Positions 27,677-32,000 of a DNA stretch of 32,000 nt are shown here, one piece after another. The stretch's first letter is position 1; each line of letters begins with the position of its first letter. Origin of the DNA: Candidatus Harpocratesius repetitus (GTDB taxonomy: Archaea; Asgardarchaeota; Lokiarchaeia; Sigyniarchaeales; Promethearchaeaceae); assembly GCA_021498095.1 (NCBI GenBank), contig JAIZWK010000001.1, positions 4,226,768 through 4,258,767 of the forward strand, given 5' to 3'. The translations under genes were made by a program, and so were the position numbers. Under the pieces are notes generated by a model. It saw nothing but the letters and a program-made list of their open reading frames with translations, did no database searches and was not told where the DNA came from.

Positions 27677-28645
27677 ATGGAAAAGATCTCTATTTCAACA
27701 CCAGGTAAATGCATATTGTTTGGAGAACACGCCGTTGTTTATGGATATACTGCATTAGTATCGACAATTGATATGAAATCTGTTTGCACAATCCGAAATA
27801 TTAATTCAAATGGAATAAAATTCAATTTTCCAAATTATCAAAAAAAAATTCAACTAAAATCACTAGATTTAATAGAGAATGAAATTGAAATCTTTAACTC
27901 AAAATTTGAATCCTTTTCCCACTTTTTAAAGACTCTTAAAAAAATCGAAAATGAATGCTCTCTTTCTTTAAATGGCATTGAAATTGAAATATCTTCCTCA
28001 TTATGGTCTAATTCTGGATTAGGTTCGTCTGCTTCAACTGCATCCGCTTTTATTCAAGCAGTTAATCAGTTTTTTAACTTAAAATGGAGTATGGATAAAA
28101 TTAATAGTTATACATATTTTATGGAAAAATTTATTCATGGAAATCCTTCTGGAATTGATAATACAGTTATTAATTATGGAGGTTTTTTACTTTATCAGAA
28201 TAAAAAATTTAAAAGCATTAAGAATACACCTAGAATTCCTTTATTAATTATTAATTCAGGTCAAAGCCATCGAACTTTTCAAGCAGTAAAACAAGTAAAA
28301 GAAATGTTTGACAAAGATCCTAAAGAAATAGATGAAATTTTTAAGAAAATCGACCAAATTGCCAATAAAAGTGTTGAATTTATTAATAATGGCGATGTTG
28401 AACAATTAGGGGCTTTAATGAATCAAAACCAAATATTGCTTGAGAGATTAAATCTCTCCACTCCACAAATCTCCAAAATTATTAAAATGGGTTCTTCAAT
28501 CGATATATATGGAGTTAAAATAACAGGAGCAGGGTTAGGTGGGGCATTGATTGCAGTTGGGACGCAGAAATGTCTTTTACAATATCAAGAAAAATTACAT
28601 TCATTAGGTTATCAATCAATTATCACTTCAATTGGAGGGAAATAA
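27677..28645 (+). CDS. mvk: Mevalonate kinase
   Basis: PGKCILFGEHAVVYG, GLGSSAS, HGNPSGIDN and KITGAGLGG. Confidence 0.93.
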   Translation: MEKISISTPGKCILFGEHAVVYGYTALVSTIDMKSVCTIRNINSNGIKFNFPNYQKKIQLKSLDLIENEIEIFNSKFESFSHFLKTLKKIENECSLSLNGIEIEISSSLWSNSGLGSSASTASAFIQAVNQFFNLKWSMDKINSYTYFMEKFIHGNPSGIDNTVINYGGFLLYQNKKFKSIKNTPRIPLLIINSGQSHRTFQAVKQVKEMFDKDPKEIDEIFKKIDQIANKSVEFINNGDVEQLGALMNQNQILLERLNLSTPQISKIIKMGSSIDIYGVKITGAGLGGALIAVGTQKCLLQYQEKLHSLGYQSIITSIGGK

Positions 28646-28655
28646 ATTATTAGAG

Positions 28656-29506
28656 ATGAAAGTCAATCGTCAAATTTTGAGATATCAAACATAACTATAA
28701 TAAAATTAGGTGGTAGTTTAATTACTGATAAAACTCAACCCTTTTCTGTTAGACACGGCATTATAGAATCGATTGCACTTCAATTAAAGGATTTCTTAAT
28801 TAATTCAAATAATCCTATTATTCTCGTTCATGGTGGTGGTTCTTTTGGACATCCTATGGCACAAAAATATTCAATTCAGCAAGGATATAATCCAAATATT
28901 CCAAATCAAATAAAAGGCTTATTATCAACTCATCAAAAAATGCTAGAATTGAATCAAATTATTATTGATATTTTTTCTTCTTTGGACTTAAAAGTGCTTT
29001 CATTTCCTCCAAGTCTTTTATTTATAGAGGAGGATTCCCAACTAAGATTTTACGGAAAGGAGATTTTAGAACAGATTCTTCATTGGAAAATAATTCCTGT
29101 TTTATTTGGTGATGTTTTGTTTACTTCTTCCCATAATTTCAAAATACTTTCCGGGGATACCATAATTTCTCATCTTTGTTTTGAATTTGGAGATCATATC
29201 ATTAAAAATGTAATTTTCTCTATTGATCAAGATGGAATTTTAGAAAAAGAAAAGGATTCTGATCAGTTACATATAATTCCGCATTTAACTCCGTCAGAAT
29301 TAAAAAGATTTCATATTAAAGACCCATTTATTCATATCGATAAGAAATTTGATGTAACAGGAGCGATGGCAGGAAAAATAAAAGAAATTATTAAGATTTC
29401 AAATATTGGTATTACTGTCAAAATTATCAATGGTAAAACTCAAAATCTTCTTTTAGATACTTTATTTGATCGAGAACGTATTTCTACAACGATATCAGAA
29501 AATTAA
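28656..29506 (+). CDS. ipk: Isopentenyl phosphate kinase, with an apparent 1-nt deletion near the 5' end
   Basis: The frame of ORF 28856 extends upstream through IIKLGGSLITDK and VHGGGSFGHP; later motifs are GDV, LSGD and DVTGAMAGK. ATG 28656 is one base out of frame (span 851 nt). Confidence 0.85.
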
Positions 29507-29544
29507 TGATATAAGAATAAAAAGTAGGAATGTTCGTATTATAA

Positions 29545-30300
29545 TTATGCACCTTTTCGCCGATTTCGGCGAATATATTCCTTTAAATCTTCAAGTAACA
29601 TAGACTCATTGTAATCAGGCCATAATTCTTTTCTAAAGCGAAATTCTGCATAAGAAGCATCCCAAAGCAAGAATCCTGAAATGCGTGCACCATCTTCCAT
29701 TCCTGTACGAATTAAGTAATCTAGTTCGGGAAATTCTTTTGTATAAAGACACTTTTTTATGGTATCTTTTGATATTTCTTCTTTAGAATAACCATTTTCA
29801 ATGATTTCTTTTACAGCATCTACAATTTCTTCTTGACCATCATAATTTATGCATACATTTATGAAAAAATCGTGATATTTTTTTGTTATTTGATTTACTT
29901 TTTTAATTCCATTTTGTATGTCCTTAGGTAATTCATTAATTCTTCCAATTATCTTAACCCTAACTTTATTATCATGAATAGCAGGATCTGAAATTACATC
30001 ATTTACACTTTTTAGCAGTAAATTAAATAAATATGATATTTCTTTTAGACTTCTTTTTCTTACATTTTCTGAAGAAAGGGCATAAATACTTAGATACTTG
30101 ATTTTAGCATCAAAAAAAGCATATAATATTTTTTTTAAAGTCTTGTAACCTTCCATATGTCCTTTTAATGTATTCTTTATACCTTGGCGTTTAATCCATC
30201 TTCGATTACCATCTAAAATAATACCAACGTGTCTTGGTAATTGTTCTTTATAAAAAAGATGAATTTTTGATAAACTGTCGATTTTATCAAGTTCTTCCAT
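29545..30300 (-). CDS. uppS: cis-prenyltransferase (polyprenyl/undecaprenyl diphosphate synthase)
   Basis: HVGIILDGNRRW, GHMEG, SSEN, NYDGQEEI, DYLIRT, RISGFLLW and WPD. Confidence 0.93.
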   Translation of the reverse strand: MEELDKIDSLSKIHLFYKEQLPRHVGIILDGNRRWIKRQGIKNTLKGHMEGYKTLKKILYAFFDAKIKYLSIYALSSENVRKRSLKEISYLFNLLLKSVNDVISDPAIHDNKVRVKIIGRINELPKDIQNGIKKVNQITKKYHDFFINVCINYDGQEEIVDAVKEIIENGYSKEEISKDTIKKCLYTKEFPELDYLIRTGMEDGARISGFLLWDASYAEFRFRKELWPDYNESMLLEDLKEYIRRNRRKGA

Positions 30301-30340
30301 TTCCTTATGGTAAGAAAGGTGGGGATTTCATATAAAAGCG

Positions 30341-32000
30341 ATGGATGAAATTTTGAATAAATTTGATAAACTTCGGAACTTTTTTGAAAATATGAAAAAG
30401 AATTTTCAAATCCTTTTATTAGGATTATTTATTTTCGGAACGATTGGAATCATCATATTATTATATTTTACAAGTGTTATTATTATTCCAAATAATATTG
30501 TTGACATAGGATTATGGATTGGATTTTGGGTATTTTGGATTGCATTAGTTAATGAAGGATTGCATTGGATTAAAAATGGAAAACGAAGTGATTGGGCAGA
30601 TATCGTTGCAATCTTATTTCTATTTATTACTGTTTTTCTTATTACTAGAGATGTTCTACTTTCTTTTGTTGGAGCATTCTCAATATATTTACTCTTTGGT
30701 ATTGATGAATTAAAAGAATATGAAATCTTGAACAAGATTGTTTTAATTTCAGTAATTACATACAATGTAATATTTATCGCTGGAATACTTGATGAAATTT
30801 TCCAGAAGGAAGGATTCTGGCAAAATATTGCTTTTTCATTTAGTTTTTGGTTGATATTAATATTAGGATTTGCATTTTTTGGGAGAAAATACTTAGTTGT
30901 TTTCCGCTTTATGAGTGTTCAATATTTAACTTTATTGCTTTATGTGGTTGCATGGTTGGTCATTGTGATGATCAATGGTATGTTTTCAATTAATTTTAAC
31001 CAATATATTTATGAAGCACTTATACTGACCAATTTAATCATCTATGCTTTCAGTGGACCATTAATTAATATCTTAATGGGTTATAAACAAGAAGATGATC
31101 CTCAATTAAATCAAATGGTGAAGGAAGTTGCTGAAAAGGTTGGCCTAAATCCAAATAAGATTCAAGTTCGATTTGGAAAATATCCAATTTTGAATGCAAT
31201 GGCTTATGGTGCATTTTGGAATATGAATATGGCAATTATTGCCCCAGATAAAAAAAGTATTCCTATTAATGAATTAAAGGGAATTATTGCACATGAATTA
31301 GGCCATTTAAAGCAGAAACATACCCTTTTTTTAACATTAGTTTCAACTGTTGAAATTATCATATTTCAATTGTTAAAATGGCCTGTTACAATGTATGATT
31401 ATGTTTTTAACAAAGAAAACCAACCTTTTGAGATGTGGGTCTTTTTATTAATTAATTTTGGAATTTCTATCTTTTTATATATTTTTGTTCGCTATCTTGA
31501 AGGTCATGCTGATAAAGTTGCAAAAACTGGAGGATATGCTTCAAGTATTTCTAAAGGGTTGTATAATTTAGAATCGTTTTATGCTACCAGTCATGAAATT
31601 GGATTAGATGCAACATTATTAAGTGATGAAAAAGTCTCTGAAAAGAATCAAATGTTGCAATATTACAGCACTGCAGTATATTTAAACAAAATGATTATAA
31701 AACCCTCTCGGGGAATCTTGATGTCAAATTTTATTAATTCTCATCCTCCTTCTTTCCATCGAATCATGATTCTTTTGGATGAAAATGGTTTTTCTCCTTT
31801 GCAAGAGTCATTTATGCCTGTTCTGTTTTTAAATCGGAAAAAAGCAAGAGAATTCTGCATTAAAACTAACGATGCACGGCAGAAATATATGGAATTGGTA
31901 AATCAGAAAATAAAAGAAAAATTTCATTTTGAAAGAATAACAGAGTTTCATAAGACTCTTCAGCAAAAGGAATTTTATAGTTATAAAATCGGAAAAACAT
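30341..32000 (+). CDS. M48-family (HtpX/Ste24-like) membrane zinc metalloprotease, truncated by the window edge and absent from the ORF track
   Basis: Open frame from ATG 30341 to the window end; multi-TM N-terminus; NAMAYG; HELGH at 31292; RYLEGHAD; SHPPSFHRI. Confidence 0.88.
   Translation, partial: MDEILNKFDKLRNFFENMKKNFQILLLGLFIFGTIGIIILLYFTSVIIIPNNIVDIGLWIGFWVFWIALVNEGLHWIKNGKRSDWADIVAILFLFITVFLITRDVLLSFVGAFSIYLLFGIDELKEYEILNKIVLISVITYNVIFIAGILDEIFQKEGFWQNIAFSFSFWLILILGFAFFGRKYLVVFRFMSVQYLTLLLYVVAWLVIVMINGMFSINFNQYIYEALILTNLIIYAFSGPLINILMGYKQEDDPQLNQMVKEVAEKVGLNPNKIQVRFGKYPILNAMAYGAFWNMNMAIIAPDKKSIPINELKGIIAHELGHLKQKHTLFLTLVSTVEIIIFQLLKWPVTMYDYVFNKENQPFEMWVFLLINFGISIFLYIFVRYLEGHADKVAKTGGYASSISKGLYNLESFYATSHEIGLDATLLSDEKVSEKNQMLQYYSTAVYLNKMIIKPSRGILMSNFINSHPPSFHRIMILLDENGFSPLQESFMPVLFLNRKKAREFCIKTNDARQKYMELVNQKIKEKFHFERITEFHKTLQQKEFYSYKIGKT

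Noticed and set aside
100-30765. Short shadow ORFs in the track (100-315, 751-951, 1070-1333, 4871-5056, 8777-8962, 13232-13477, 18273-18488, 19624-19896, 19970-20254, 20083-20295, 20846-21055, 23018-23266, 24365-24568, 25570-25752, 30406-30765)
   Set aside because: They overlap better-supported genes or remnants on the opposite strand and carry no recognisable motifs.
1-32000. rRNA, tRNA or CRISPR loci
   Set aside because: No GC-rich structured segment, tRNA cloverleaf or repeat-spacer array was seen.

Overview
This AT-rich 32 kb window most likely comes from an Asgard archaeon (Lokiarchaeia-like). That assignment is inferred from gene content: a Rab-like GTPase, a longin-like protein, an Fcf1-type PIN protein, an archaeal mevalonate cluster with IPK, and a DPAGT1/AglH-like transferase. 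From left to right it holds the right end of an ISH3/IS4-like IS, a PHP phosphatase (1-nt frameshift), an LMW-PTP-like protein lacking its catalytic Arg, and a GAF-PAS histidine kinase with a response regulator. Next come a 551-bp TIR element, a large unknown helical protein and endonuclease III. A 3.47-kb element of the same TIR family follows; it has 28-bp TIRs and a perfect 8-bp target-site duplication, and it carries decayed transposases and an intact ankyrin-repeat gene. After it lie a GH114-like protein, a Cof HAD hydrolase, and a minus-strand run of a Rab-like GTPase with 28 x EPKPFAPPTT, a PIN nuclease and an IFT52-like GIFT/RHH protein. A deleted PatB/MalY pseudogene and a second HhH-GPD glycosylase follow. 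A roughly 10-kb block links amino-sugar and N-glycosylation genes (with a longin gene inside) to a haloarchaea-type mevalonate pathway and uppS. An M48 protease runs off the right edge. The strongest leads are the ankyrin-carrying TIR element with its MITE-like sibling, the Rab-like GTPase with the Pro-rich tail next to an IFT52-like protein, and the longin gene in the glycosylation/isoprenoid locus. All family calls come from motif recognition by eye; no searches were run.
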